NCBI GenBank assembly: GCA_016192685.1
Contig: JACPTS010000001.1
Location: 161,710 to 225,709 of the forward strand
Direction: 5' to 3'
Length of the DNA stretch: 64,000 nt
Origin: Candidatus Harrisonbacteria bacterium
GTDB taxonomy: Bacteria > Patescibacteriota > Minisyncoccia > UBA6257 > 02-FULL-45-10c
Part shown: positions 21,383-30,831 of the stretch, piece after piece
Position numbering within the stretch: position 1 is the stretch's first letter
Layout of the letters: each line of letters begins with the position of its first letter
Made by a program: the position numbers and the translations under genes
The notes under the pieces: model-generated
What the model was told of the DNA's origin: nothing
Databases searched by the model: none
Seen by the model: only the letters and a program-made list of their open reading frames with translations

Positions 21383-22114
21383 CTATTTTCTGAAACGCAA
21401 AGCGAAAGCTACCCTTAAGGATTCAAAAATATCCTCTAAAGAACTCTTGGAGGCGCCGCCGCCCCGTTCTAAAAATTTGATCTGAATCTCTTTTATTTTC
21501 GCGTCGTTCCGGTACATTTCATATAATAAATGAATTTTATACGCGTGCCGCCTGGATAAAATCCTGTTTTCATCCAATGGCAATTTTTCAAAAAATCCTT
21601 CTGCGCGCGATAATTTCAAACCGGAAGTATTATCATTGGTCGGAAGCCGTAAAACCCATTTTATAAATAAACTGCCAAATCGGCTTAAAAGCTTCCTGTG
21701 CCAGGCCCATTCTTGCGGTATGCTTCCCCCGAGAACGTAGCGGGAACCGATCACATAATCATAGCCATTATCTAACTCCGCGATCAGCCGCTTTATGTCT
21801 TTAGGGTCATGCTGAAAATCGCCGTCAAATTCAATAAAGGCGCCGGCTTTTAAATCCTTAACCGCGTAATTTATGCCGGTAATATAAGCCATGCCCAACC
21901 CCCGCTTTTCTTTTTCCACTATTAAATCAATGTTTTTATAAATTCCCTTCTTTTGATTCACTGCTTCAGCCGTACCGTCCGGAGAATTTCCGTCCACGAT
22001 TAAAATCCCCATCTCATGATTCGGAATATTCTTGAATTCTTCCTCTAGGGCATCAATCAAATTAGAAATGGTTTCCCGCTCATTATAAGTTGGAATAATA
22101 ACTACAATTTTCAT
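21383..22114 (-). CDS. GT2 polyprenol-phosphate sugar synthase (Dpm1-like)
   Basis: MKIVVIIPTYNERETI...ILIVDGNSPDGT...YDYVIGSRY; the start overlaps the stop of the upstream GT-C gene. Confidence 0.8.
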   Translation of the reverse strand: MKIVVIIPTYNERETISNLIDALEEEFKNIPNHEMGILIVDGNSPDGTAEAVNQKKGIYKNIDLIVEKEKRGLGMAYITGINYAVKDLKAGAFIEFDGDFQHDPKDIKRLIAELDNGYDYVIGSRYVLGGSIPQEWAWHRKLLSRFGSLFIKWVLRLPTNDNTSGLKLSRAEGFFEKLPLDENRILSRRHAYKIHLLYEMYRNDAKIKEIQIKFLERGGGASKSSLEDIFESLRVAFALRFRK

Positions 22115-23793
22115 GGTAATTTATATAACGCTACCGGCGGGCCGAATTCTTTAATTTTAAACAAATTAAAGGGATTTCCTAAAAGCTGGCCTATATACGG
22201 CGAATACCTCTCCTGAAATTCCCCAAAGGATTCCAATAATGCCCCGCGGGAGGCAATACTTTGAATCCGATTGAAATGCGCTGGATTTTTCTCAAAATCT
22301 ATCTGGCTGGTCAAAAGATATTGATATTTTTGCTTTTTGGCATAATTCTCCAGGCCGGAATAAAATTCCTGATTTTGAATTGTATATAAATTTAAAGCAT
22401 GAAAACTCGGCTGCTTGGGAAAATTTTCTTCCGCCAAATCTACTTTTCTTAATGACCCGGAATCAATAATTCTTTGTTCTTTAATAGCTTCCGGAGTGGC
22501 CGGCAAACGAGTTAGCCGCGCGTAAACCAAAATTTTAGAGCCGGAAGGGATATTAGCTTGAGTCCATTCTATTAAATGATTGCGTGAATCATTCTGATAC
22601 AATAAATAGCTTAATCGTAAAGAAAAAACTGCCGGCATAGCCAAGATCAGAATCAAAATAGCAATCAGAATACGACTATTAATCCTTTTATAAGACTCCG
22701 CCACGCCATAAGCAGCCATTATCGCTAATATCGGGAAAACCGGCAGAGTAAAACGATGCTCGTAACGGAAAAATAAATAAAAAATCGCGCTATATGCGTA
22801 TATAAAAAGAAATACCGGCCAAAAAAGATTACGCCTGTGAAAAACGGTAAATAATAATCCCAAAACGGCAAAAAATGCCAAAATCGGTTCAGATAATACT
22901 ACTGGCTTCAAAAAAATAAACAAACTCGTGACAATTCCCAAAATAGATTTTGTTTCCTGAAAAGTTAAATCGCCGCGAAATCCAAAACTTTGAGGATATA
23001 AAGCTCCGGGTAGAATTGCCAGCCAAGCAAAAATAACTAAACTGCCGTAAAAATATTTTTCTTTAATAAGAGCCGATAAATTTCTTTGTTCGTAAAATAA
23101 GTACCAAACGGCAATTAATATTAATAAAAGCACATTAATCGGACTGACACCTACCCCAACTCCAACCGCTAAAACCGCCGCCAAATACCTTTTCCCTAAA
23201 TCCCGCATAGCGGGATCGGGCGTCCCGCTTCGCGGGATTAGTCGAAATTCCCAATCTAAATTTAAAATCCACAACACTAAAATCGTAAAAAAAGACACTG
23301 GCAGCCAATGCCGGCCGTTAGTCGACATAAGAATATGGAATAAGCTGGTAGTCAAAAAGAATGCAGCTAGTAAAGCCGGGGCTTCCTGTCTTAAAATATT
23401 TTTTGCAACTCTATACAAGAGATAAACTGAAACAACCCCCATTAAAACATTAAAAAAACGGGCAATTAGAAAAAATTGGGATAAATCACTGGTAAGATAA
23501 TAAATAAATTGCTCCCGGCCGCCGCTAAAAAGCAGATATTTTATGCCAAGTAAAATGGAAAATGGTAAAAGATATAAGTAAGAAAGATAGGGCGGATAAT
23601 ACAAAACCGTCCTAAATTCTTCTAAATAAGACGCCGGCAGCAAAGTTTTCAGCTGGATCATTTTTAGGGCCGCCAAAGTAAATGGCGGCTCGTCATCAAT
23701 CAGCCAAAGCGGCAAACCATAATTGATACCCGCCACCCTAACCAAAAAAGCAAAAACTAATATATAGATAAGAAGCCATTTTGGACTAAACAT
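22111..23793 (-). CDS. GT-C fold membrane glycosyltransferase
   Basis: 560 aa polytopic; LIDDEPPF DE motif after the first transmembrane helix; a GC-rich double-hairpin insert lies at 23195..23250. Confidence 0.55.
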   Translation of the reverse strand: MFSPKWLLIYILVFAFLVRVAGINYGLPLWLIDDEPPFTLAALKMIQLKTLLPASYLEEFRTVLYYPPYLSYLYLLPFSILLGIKYLLFSGGREQFIYYLTSDLSQFFLIARFFNVLMGVVSVYLLYRVAKNILRQEAPALLAAFFLTTSLFHILMSTNGRHWLPVSFFTILVLWILNLDWEFRLIPRSGTPDPAMRDLGKRYLAAVLAVGVGVGVSPINVLLLILIAVWYLFYEQRNLSALIKEKYFYGSLVIFAWLAILPGALYPQSFGFRGDLTFQETKSILGIVTSLFIFLKPVVLSEPILAFFAVLGLLFTVFHRRNLFWPVFLFIYAYSAIFYLFFRYEHRFTLPVFPILAIMAAYGVAESYKRINSRILIAILILILAMPAVFSLRLSYLLYQNDSRNHLIEWTQANIPSGSKILVYARLTRLPATPEAIKEQRIIDSGSLRKVDLAEENFPKQPSFHALNLYTIQNQEFYSGLENYAKKQKYQYLLTSQIDFEKNPAHFNRIQSIASRGALLESFGEFQERYSPYIGQLLGNPFNLFKIKEFGPPVALYKLP

Positions 23794-23799
23794 ATGAGC

Positions 23800-24969
23800 T
23801 TATTTTAACATCATTAGAGAATCTCTGTATTTTTCCAAATATTCTTTTTTAACAGGCCATTTTTCCAGTAATTTTAAGCTGTTTTGCTTAAATTCTTCTC
23901 TTTTTGGCGGCCTGCCTGCCGGTAGGCAGGAATTTTCCATTAGTTCCAAAATCGCTTTTGCAAGCGCTTTTTGGTCTCCTATCGGAACTACTTTGCCGTC
24001 CAAATCATCAATCAAAAGCTCCCCCGCTATACCCACATCAGTCATGACCACCGGCAATCCGGCCGCCATTGCCTCAACCACCGTGCGGCCATAACCCTCA
24101 TAATTAGAAGTCAATAAAAATAAATCCGCGGTTTTATAATAGGAAAATAATGTTTGAGAATCAACGACAGATTCAAATTGAACATTATTTTCCAACTTAT
24201 AACTTTTAACTAATAACTTATAACTTTTTAATTCCGGTCCGTCGCCGACAATCAGCAACAAAAGATTCCTGATTCCTGATTCCTGATTCCTAATTCTATT
24301 AAATGCCTCAATCGCCATTCCGATATTTTTTTCCTTTGTCAGGCGCGAAGCCATTAAAATTATAAAATCATGTTCAGGATATTTATTATGAAGATCAGTT
24401 TTTACTTTGGCAGATTGAATTTTTTTAATATCAACGAAAATTGGCAAAACTACTGGTTCAGCTTTTAGCTTTAAGCTTTTAGCTTTTAGTGATTGTTTTA
24501 TTCGCTCCGAAACAACGCGAATACCATCGGCGCGGGGTAATAAGAATTTAGCAAGCAATACGCGCAATCTATTAAGTAAGGATTCATTTTTAAAATACGG
24601 ACTAAAAACATCGGTATGGATTTGGAATTGAAGCGGCAATTTATAACGCAATTTTAATAGCCAGCCGACAAAACCGGTTTCAAAAGGGTCCTGGCAAGTT
24701 ATAACTGATAACTTATGACTAATAACTAATGACTTTGCAATTTGATAAGCATCCCATAAATATAATATTTTTAAACGGCTATTGGTCGGATAAACCCAAA
24801 TATTGTTGTCAATTGTTGTCTGTTGTCTGTTGTCTGTTGTCTGTTTTTTTGTGAAAACAACAATATGCAGCTCCTCAAAAAGCGTTCCGTATTCCACCAT
24901 CCGTTTTTGCGTCCCCGAACCATTGTCTAAAGCAGTGCGGTCAGTTGAAAACATTAAAACTTTAATCAT
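23800..24969 (-). CDS. GT4 family glycosyltransferase (contains two in-frame 7-mer tandem arrays)
   Basis: SNYEGYGRTVVEAMAAGLPVVMTDVG; arrays at 24264..24291 and 24814..24841. Confidence 0.75.
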   Translation of the reverse strand: MIKVLMFSTDRTALDNGSGTQKRMVEYGTLFEELHIVVFTKKQTTDNRQQTTIDNNIWVYPTNSRLKILYLWDAYQIAKSLVISHKLSVITCQDPFETGFVGWLLKLRYKLPLQFQIHTDVFSPYFKNESLLNRLRVLLAKFLLPRADGIRVVSERIKQSLKAKSLKLKAEPVVLPIFVDIKKIQSAKVKTDLHNKYPEHDFIILMASRLTKEKNIGMAIEAFNRIRNQESGIRNLLLLIVGDGPELKSYKLLVKSYKLENNVQFESVVDSQTLFSYYKTADLFLLTSNYEGYGRTVVEAMAAGLPVVMTDVGIAGELLIDDLDGKVVPIGDQKALAKAILELMENSCLPAGRPPKREEFKQNSLKLLEKWPVKKEYLEKYRDSLMMLK

Positions 24970-26078
24970 AACTTTTTCAATAAATCCATTAATTCTCTAA
25001 GCATTTTTTCTTTAGAAAAATTCTTGGCGGTATTTCTAGCCGTTTCGCTTAACTTTTCCCGCAACCGGCTATCTGTCATCAATTTTTTCAATGCCAAACT
25101 AAACGACTGGATATTATTATATTCTGCCAACAAACCGTTTTTGCCGCTCTCAATAACTTCCGAATTTCCTCCGACTTTAGTGGTTAAAACCGGCAAGCCC
25201 GCCCCCATCGCCTCAATTATCTGATGAGAAAATCCTTCATAGCCGGTATTTAAAGCAAAAATACTGGCCCGGCTTAAATAAGCATTTAATTCACTTTTTG
25301 ATAAAGCCCCGGTAAAAATAACCTTATCTAAAACTTTCAACTTTTCACTTTTAACTTTTAACTTATTAAGTTCCGGACCATCGCCAATAATAACTAATTT
25401 CCAATCCGGAAAATCTTTTATTAAACCGGAAAAAACTTCCAAGAGTATTTCAAAGCCTTTCCAGGGCACCAGCCGGCCAACCGAAATAATAAGCTTTTCC
25501 CGAACGCTTGATTTTAATTCCGGCAGATCAATACCATTATAAATAACTCTAATCTTATAGCTTTCTACTCCCCACCCTAAAACTATTTTTTTTAAATACT
25601 CACTGGGAACAATCAATAAATCGGCGTTTTTAGCGGTAAATTGCTGGAAAAAACGGAGTATTTTCACCGGCAGTCCATAACGCTTTTTCTGAAATTCATC
25701 CGGCAACTCCTTAACCCCGAATCGCTGAACCCCCTGCTCCCAGGCATAGTCGCCGACTATTTTAAGGACAAATTTTTTCTTTGATAATTTAGCCGCGAGC
25801 ATCGCCGGCAAGCCGGCGCTGATCGGATCCTGAGCAAAAATAATATCCGCATTCCGCCCTAACTGAATAGCTTTTATAAAATAAATAAGATGCCTCAATC
25901 CTTTTGGTAATCTTCGAGATACTCTAAAAACCCTGTCAGCATCTCCGGCCGGCGCTTCGCCATAAGTTAGCACTTTAGCCAAAAAATCTTCGGGTAATTT
26001 TTCTAAAAGCAATTTAGTATAGGTAGCCGGACCGCCGATTTCCGGCGGGAAAATTCCTGTGGCTATTAAAATTCGCAT
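24966..26078 (-). CDS. GT4 family glycosyltransferase
   Basis: NTGYEGFSHQIIEAMGAGLPVLTTKVGG; 7-mer array at 25333..25367. Confidence 0.8.
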   Translation of the reverse strand: MRILIATGIFPPEIGGPATYTKLLLEKLPEDFLAKVLTYGEAPAGDADRVFRVSRRLPKGLRHLIYFIKAIQLGRNADIIFAQDPISAGLPAMLAAKLSKKKFVLKIVGDYAWEQGVQRFGVKELPDEFQKKRYGLPVKILRFFQQFTAKNADLLIVPSEYLKKIVLGWGVESYKIRVIYNGIDLPELKSSVREKLIISVGRLVPWKGFEILLEVFSGLIKDFPDWKLVIIGDGPELNKLKVKSEKLKVLDKVIFTGALSKSELNAYLSRASIFALNTGYEGFSHQIIEAMGAGLPVLTTKVGGNSEVIESGKNGLLAEYNNIQSFSLALKKLMTDSRLREKLSETARNTAKNFSKEKMLRELMDLLKKL

Positions 26079-26079
26079 G

Positions 26080-27282
26080 TTAAGTATTAATTAATTTATC
26101 AAAAATATTTTTAAATAATCCGGCGATTCTGTCCCAAGAATAGTTTTCTTGAACAAGCAACTGGCCATTTTTTATAATATTTTTCCTAAGTTCCGGGTTC
26201 ATTAAAAGCCGGTGGATTTTTTCCGCTAAATCCTTCGGGTTATTCACTTTGGCGAAAAGGCCGGTTGCCTGCCCTGAGCTCGTCGAAGGGTCTTTCAAAA
26301 AGTCAGTAATTCCACCGACCGGCGTTCCAATTACCGGCAAGCCGGCGGCCATAGCTTCCAAAAAAGAACTTCCCAATCCTTCAGATCGGGACGGCCGGAC
26401 AAAAATATCAGAAACTTTAAGATAAAGCGGAATATCCCGCTGCGAAATCTGACCTAAAAATAAAACATTATTTTCTAACTTGAGACTTGAGACTTTGGAC
26501 TTGAGATTTTTATATTCCGGGCCATCGCCTATTATCAAACATTTCATATTCAACATTTTACTTTTACAAATAGCAATCGCTTCTATCAAAGTATCAATCC
26601 CATTTTTATAAACCAGCCGTGAAGTGGTAACAATCACGTATTCATCTTGTAAACCTAAATTTGCCCGCGCGGCTTTTAATTCCGCGTTGGTATATCCTGT
26701 TCCGAATAATTCCAAATCTACGCCATTGGGAATAATTTCAATTGGCGCTTTTGCTCCCCGCCGCTTAACAAAATCCTTCAAATAACTGCTGATAGCCTGA
26801 ATATAATCGGCTTTTTTAATAATCATTCCTCCAAAAAATCCAACTAAACCGAATTTTCCTAAAACCATATGTTTTTCTGAATCACCCTCCTGAATAGTCA
26901 ATAAAAACGGGATTCCCGGATGGTTTAATTTAAAAAAAAGCGCGGCGATTCCGCCGTAGGAAGCCATAATGGCCCAGATCGCCTGAAAACGTTTCTGCCG
27001 ATGCAATCGCTCCGCCTCTTGCCAGGCGCTAAAAATGTAAAAAATTTTATTCCAGACTCGGCCGTATCTTTTGCCTTTATTACTGCCCTTCCCAAACCGA
27101 ATAATTTCAACGTTTTCCTGCCTTTCTTTAGACAGCCAGCGAGAATCAAATTTATAAGTAAAAACCGTGAAATTTAACCCCTTTTGTCGTTTAATAACCT
27201 CCCGGGCGGCTATCTCCGCCCCGCCCTCAAAGGGGGCATAAGCTAGAGAAAAAACCGCTATATTAGACTTATTCATAATCAT
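26080..27282 (-). CDS. GT4 family glycosyltransferase
   Basis: PSRSEGLGSSFLEAMAAGLPVIGTPVGG. Confidence 0.8.
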   Translation of the reverse strand: MIMNKSNIAVFSLAYAPFEGGAEIAAREVIKRQKGLNFTVFTYKFDSRWLSKERQENVEIIRFGKGSNKGKRYGRVWNKIFYIFSAWQEAERLHRQKRFQAIWAIMASYGGIAALFFKLNHPGIPFLLTIQEGDSEKHMVLGKFGLVGFFGGMIIKKADYIQAISSYLKDFVKRRGAKAPIEIIPNGVDLELFGTGYTNAELKAARANLGLQDEYVIVTTSRLVYKNGIDTLIEAIAICKSKMLNMKCLIIGDGPEYKNLKSKVSSLKLENNVLFLGQISQRDIPLYLKVSDIFVRPSRSEGLGSSFLEAMAAGLPVIGTPVGGITDFLKDPSTSSGQATGLFAKVNNPKDLAEKIHRLLMNPELRKNIIKNGQLLVQENYSWDRIAGLFKNIFDKLINT

Positions 27283-27311
27283 AAAAGTTATAATTAAGTA
27301 TAACTAAAGTT

Positions 27312-28454
27312 ATGAAACAAAAAGTACTCTATATAATCACTAAAGCCGATATCGGCGGCGCCCAGAAATACGTTAACGATCTATCTACTGGCATTGACAA
27401 AAACGTTTTCGAACCGAAAATTCTTTACGGCGGCCGCGATATCCACTGGTTAATCCGCGATGCTAAACCTTGGCTATTTTTTCTTCCTGACTGGCTAGCT
27501 ATTATAGAATTGATAAAAATTTATAAACGCGAACGGCCGCAAATTATCCATCTAAATAGCTCCAAAGCCGGATTTCTTGGCTCAATTGCCGCAAAATTAT
27601 ACTCATTAACTCTACGACCTACGACCTACGACCTACGACCTAAAATCATTTTCACCGCCCATGGCTGGGTATTCAACCCAACCAATGCCATCTCTCTGCC
27701 AATCCGTTGGTTTTATATTCTCCTCCATAAAATCGCCGCGTTGTTTCAAGATAAAATTATTTGTGTTTCAGAATATGACTACAATCTCGCGTTATCCCGC
27801 GGGATAACGCCAAAAGAAAAATTAGTTACAATTTATAACGGCATTGACCCGAATATTAAATTTTTAGATAAAGAAACAGCTAAAAACGAAATAACAAAAA
27901 AACTTACGACTTACGACTTGCGACTTACGACTAATTGGCCGTGGATTGGATCAATTGGGAGACTCGTTAAAGAAAAAAATTATGAAACCTTATTAGCGGC
28001 AGCGAAATTTATTCCTAATGCTTATTTTTTTATTATTGGCTCAGGGCCAGAGTCAAATAGTCTAAAAGTCAAAAGTCAAAATTCAAATGTCAATAATCGG
28101 TTTTTCTTTATTGAACCGACTGGCAATGATGCCCAATATTTAAAAGCTTTTGATATTTTTGTAATGTCCTCCATTAAAGAAGGTTTACCCTACATATTAT
28201 TGGAAGCGATGGCGGCCGAATTGCCAATTGTGATAACCGAAGCTGGCGGCATGCCGGAAATAATTAAAAATCATGAAAATGGCTTGATGGTATCGCAAAA
28301 GAATCCGGAAATGCTCGCTAAGGGCATTCAAGGATTATTATTTAATAAAAATATCGCCGCGGAACTTGGAAAATCAGCTGGTTTAATAGTCCGAGAAAAA
28401 TTCGGTTTGAATAAAATGATATCGGAAACTTCCTCACTTTATTTTGATATATAA
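27312..28454 (+). CDS. GT4 family glycosyltransferase (contains two in-frame 7-mer tandem arrays)
   Basis: SSIKEGLPYILLEAMAAELPIVITEAGG; arrays at 27613..27640 and 27903..27930. Confidence 0.8.
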   Translation: MKQKVLYIITKADIGGAQKYVNDLSTGIDKNVFEPKILYGGRDIHWLIRDAKPWLFFLPDWLAIIELIKIYKRERPQIIHLNSSKAGFLGSIAAKLYSLTLRPTTYDLRPKIIFTAHGWVFNPTNAISLPIRWFYILLHKIAALFQDKIICVSEYDYNLALSRGITPKEKLVTIYNGIDPNIKFLDKETAKNEITKKLTTYDLRLTTNWPWIGSIGRLVKEKNYETLLAAAKFIPNAYFFIIGSGPESNSLKVKSQNSNVNNRFFFIEPTGNDAQYLKAFDIFVMSSIKEGLPYILLEAMAAELPIVITEAGGMPEIIKNHENGLMVSQKNPEMLAKGIQGLLFNKNIAAELGKSAGLIVREKFGLNKMISETSSLYFDI

Positions 28455-29116
28455 TCTTCTAAAGCAGATTTAAGCCTTAAATTATCAGGATTAGCCATCA
28501 ACCCTTGCAATAAAATACTTTCTGTCTGATTAGATTTTTCCTTATAAACCGATTCATAAATAGTCGCCAAGTCTAAATAAGCTTGGATGTTTTGCGGATT
28601 ATTTTGAATAGATTTAAGATAATTTTCTTCGCTTTTGGGATAATCTTTTATATAAAACCCGTACAAATCTCCCAAATTATGATAGCCGATATAATCTTTA
28701 GGGCGAATCAAAGCTCCAAAAGCCCAGGCCTCAGCCGCGCCGCTATAATCACCGATCACCCGACGATAAGCTCCCAAATCATACCAAGCGTAAATCGTGT
28801 CGTAATCAGATCTTATTAAATCGGAAATTTCTTTTATTTTTGCCTCTGCCCGTTTTCTATCAATTTCCGCAAGCGGCGCGCTAACCATAACTGGCCGGGA
28901 AATAATTTCGGCGGCCATCGCCCTTAAAACTTCTTTATTATCTTTTTTAACAATTTCTTCTACTGGCGGCTTTTCTTCAATTTTTGAAGCCGTTGATAAA
29001 TTTTCCGGCAGCTTAATTTCCGGAACTAAAGCGCTGCCCCGCTTCGGGCTAAAATACCAACCAGCAACACCAAGAACCGCTACTGCCAATAAAATTAAAA
29101 GTAATTTTTTTATCAT
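28439..29116 (-). CDS. membrane-anchored TPR-like repeat protein
   Basis: N-terminal transmembrane helix; C-terminal YxxLGxxY TPR-like repeats. Confidence 0.45.
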   Translation of the reverse strand: MIKKLLLILLAVAVLGVAGWYFSPKRGSALVPEIKLPENLSTASKIEEKPPVEEIVKKDNKEVLRAMAAEIISRPVMVSAPLAEIDRKRAEAKIKEISDLIRSDYDTIYAWYDLGAYRRVIGDYSGAAEAWAFGALIRPKDYIGYHNLGDLYGFYIKDYPKSEENYLKSIQNNPQNIQAYLDLATIYESVYKEKSNQTESILLQGLMANPDNLRLKSALEDYISK

Positions 29117-29136
29117 AAATAATCCGATAAAAAATA

Positions 29137-30831
29137 TTATATATCAAAAATGGTGAATTTGTAAACCCTAAACATCGGCAGCCCGTTTTTCCCATAAATA
29201 ATCTTTTCCGGTTGAAGCCCTTTGCTTAATAAATAACTTTCAAATTTTAAGGCGATAGTTTTATCCTTTTTAAAAGGGTTTAAAATCGTATTTTCCGTGC
29301 TTTGCACGAAATAAAATTGGAATTTGCCGTAATCCTGGCCGCTATTTAACGCCTTATAAAAATTTTCTAAATAAAGCGCCGGCGTGCTGTGATAAAAAAA
29401 TCTGCGATAAAATATCCATTCTAAAGTCGGTAAAGCAACATTATCATTATAGACAATCATACGAAGCTCTCTATCGGCGTTTTTAGATTTCCGAAGGGCA
29501 AATTTATAAGTTAGGTCATTTAAATGCGAGTTATCCGATTCCGGAATAACCGCGGATTCTTTTCCGGCGAATTCCTCTTCAAAATAGCGATCTAATTTTG
29601 CCATTCCGTAGTCTGGATATCGGATAAAATTGGTATTAATAGAATGAATAATTTCCCAAGCAAAAAAACCGATCATCAACGCTTTTAGCGCATAACTCCA
29701 TTTCGATTTTTTAAAACTCCATAAAGCAGCCGAAAGAAAACCGACAAAAACAGCGAAGGCCGGGCCGTAAAGAGTTAAAAATCTGTGCGCTGATCCAATT
29801 TTCACCAAAAGTAAAGTAAGGAAAAAAATATACAGCCAGAAAAATAAAATTCCTTTTGAACGATTCTTGGCAAAAACAAAAATAGAATAAACTATTCCGG
29901 CCAAAATCGCCAGCATCGCCGAAATTCCATAATAACCCACGGGGAAAATAGAATTAGTTTTCGCATCCCATCTTTGAACCGCCAAATTTCTCCAAAGATC
30001 GGGGAACGGCGCCTGAGTTTTACCGACAGAACCAGTCCATTCCGGCGTCTCCTGACCAAAAACATAGGCGAACTGAAGGTCAAAATGGCCGGTAGTTTGA
30101 TAAAGATAAAAATTATATACCAAAACCGGGGAAAACATTAATAAAGCTAAAATTAAAGCGGCAAATAAATAGGCCCAATCAGTCCTAATAGTCTTATAAG
30201 TCCAATAAGTTAGATAAACCGGCACGATAAACACGCCGGTATATTTGGTAAGCGCTACCAACCCCAAAGATATTCCCCAAAGCCACCATTTCCGCTTATT
30301 TTCTAAAAATTGAAGAAATAAATGTATATTTAAAAGAATAAAAAACAGCAAAATCGGCTCCAGCATACTAAGGCGAAAAACCCACACCAAAGCCCCATTA
30401 ACCGCGAAAAATAAGGCGGAAAATAAAGCTAAGGCCTCATCTTCAAATAATTTTTTCACAATTAAATAAAGAAGATAAGCGGATAAAACGCCGACAATTA
30501 TCGCCGGCAAACGGGCTACCAAAAGCGAATCGCCGAAAACCCGGAAAAAAAAGTTCATAATCAGAATCCCAAGCGGCGGCAAATCATGAAAAGAAAGTTT
30601 AGACCACCAAGGCAACGGCTGACTTTTATACCATTCCAGAGGTGTAGTCTGAAAACTAGTGCCTAAATAATCTACATAACCAATAGCTCTAAAAGCATCT
30701 ACCGCCTCATCGCCAAATAAATCCTGGCCCCAAACACCCCAAAACCGCAGTAAAAAAGCCAATATCAAAATCCCAAACAAAATTATACGAATTTTCCGCA
30801 TATTCGTATTATTTTCGTATTTCGCAATCAT
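29137..30831 (-). CDS. GT-C protein O-mannosyltransferase-like (PMT/ArnT family, GT39/GT83-like)
   Basis: DE motif in loop 1 (FGDEAVDAFRAIGY); ...SLLVARLPAIIVGVLSAYLLYLIV...LGLVALTKYTGVF; paralog of ORF 31776..33461. Confidence 0.7.
   Translation of the reverse strand: MIAKYENNTNMRKIRIILFGILILAFLLRFWGVWGQDLFGDEAVDAFRAIGYVDYLGTSFQTTPLEWYKSQPLPWWSKLSFHDLPPLGILIMNFFFRVFGDSLLVARLPAIIVGVLSAYLLYLIVKKLFEDEALALFSALFFAVNGALVWVFRLSMLEPILLFFILLNIHLFLQFLENKRKWWLWGISLGLVALTKYTGVFIVPVYLTYWTYKTIRTDWAYLFAALILALLMFSPVLVYNFYLYQTTGHFDLQFAYVFGQETPEWTGSVGKTQAPFPDLWRNLAVQRWDAKTNSIFPVGYYGISAMLAILAGIVYSIFVFAKNRSKGILFFWLYIFFLTLLLVKIGSAHRFLTLYGPAFAVFVGFLSAALWSFKKSKWSYALKALMIGFFAWEIIHSINTNFIRYPDYGMAKLDRYFEEEFAGKESAVIPESDNSHLNDLTYKFALRKSKNADRELRMIVYNDNVALPTLEWIFYRRFFYHSTPALYLENFYKALNSGQDYGKFQFYFVQSTENTILNPFKKDKTIALKFESYLLSKGLQPEKIIYGKNGLPMFRVYKFTIFDI

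Noticed and set aside
24264-27930. Short tandem arrays (7-9 nt units) that could be mistaken for CRISPR-like or minisatellite loci
   Set aside because: The units are 7-9 nt with no spacers. They lie inside intact ORFs in frame and no cas genes are present. They are reported instead as candidate phase-variation repeats.
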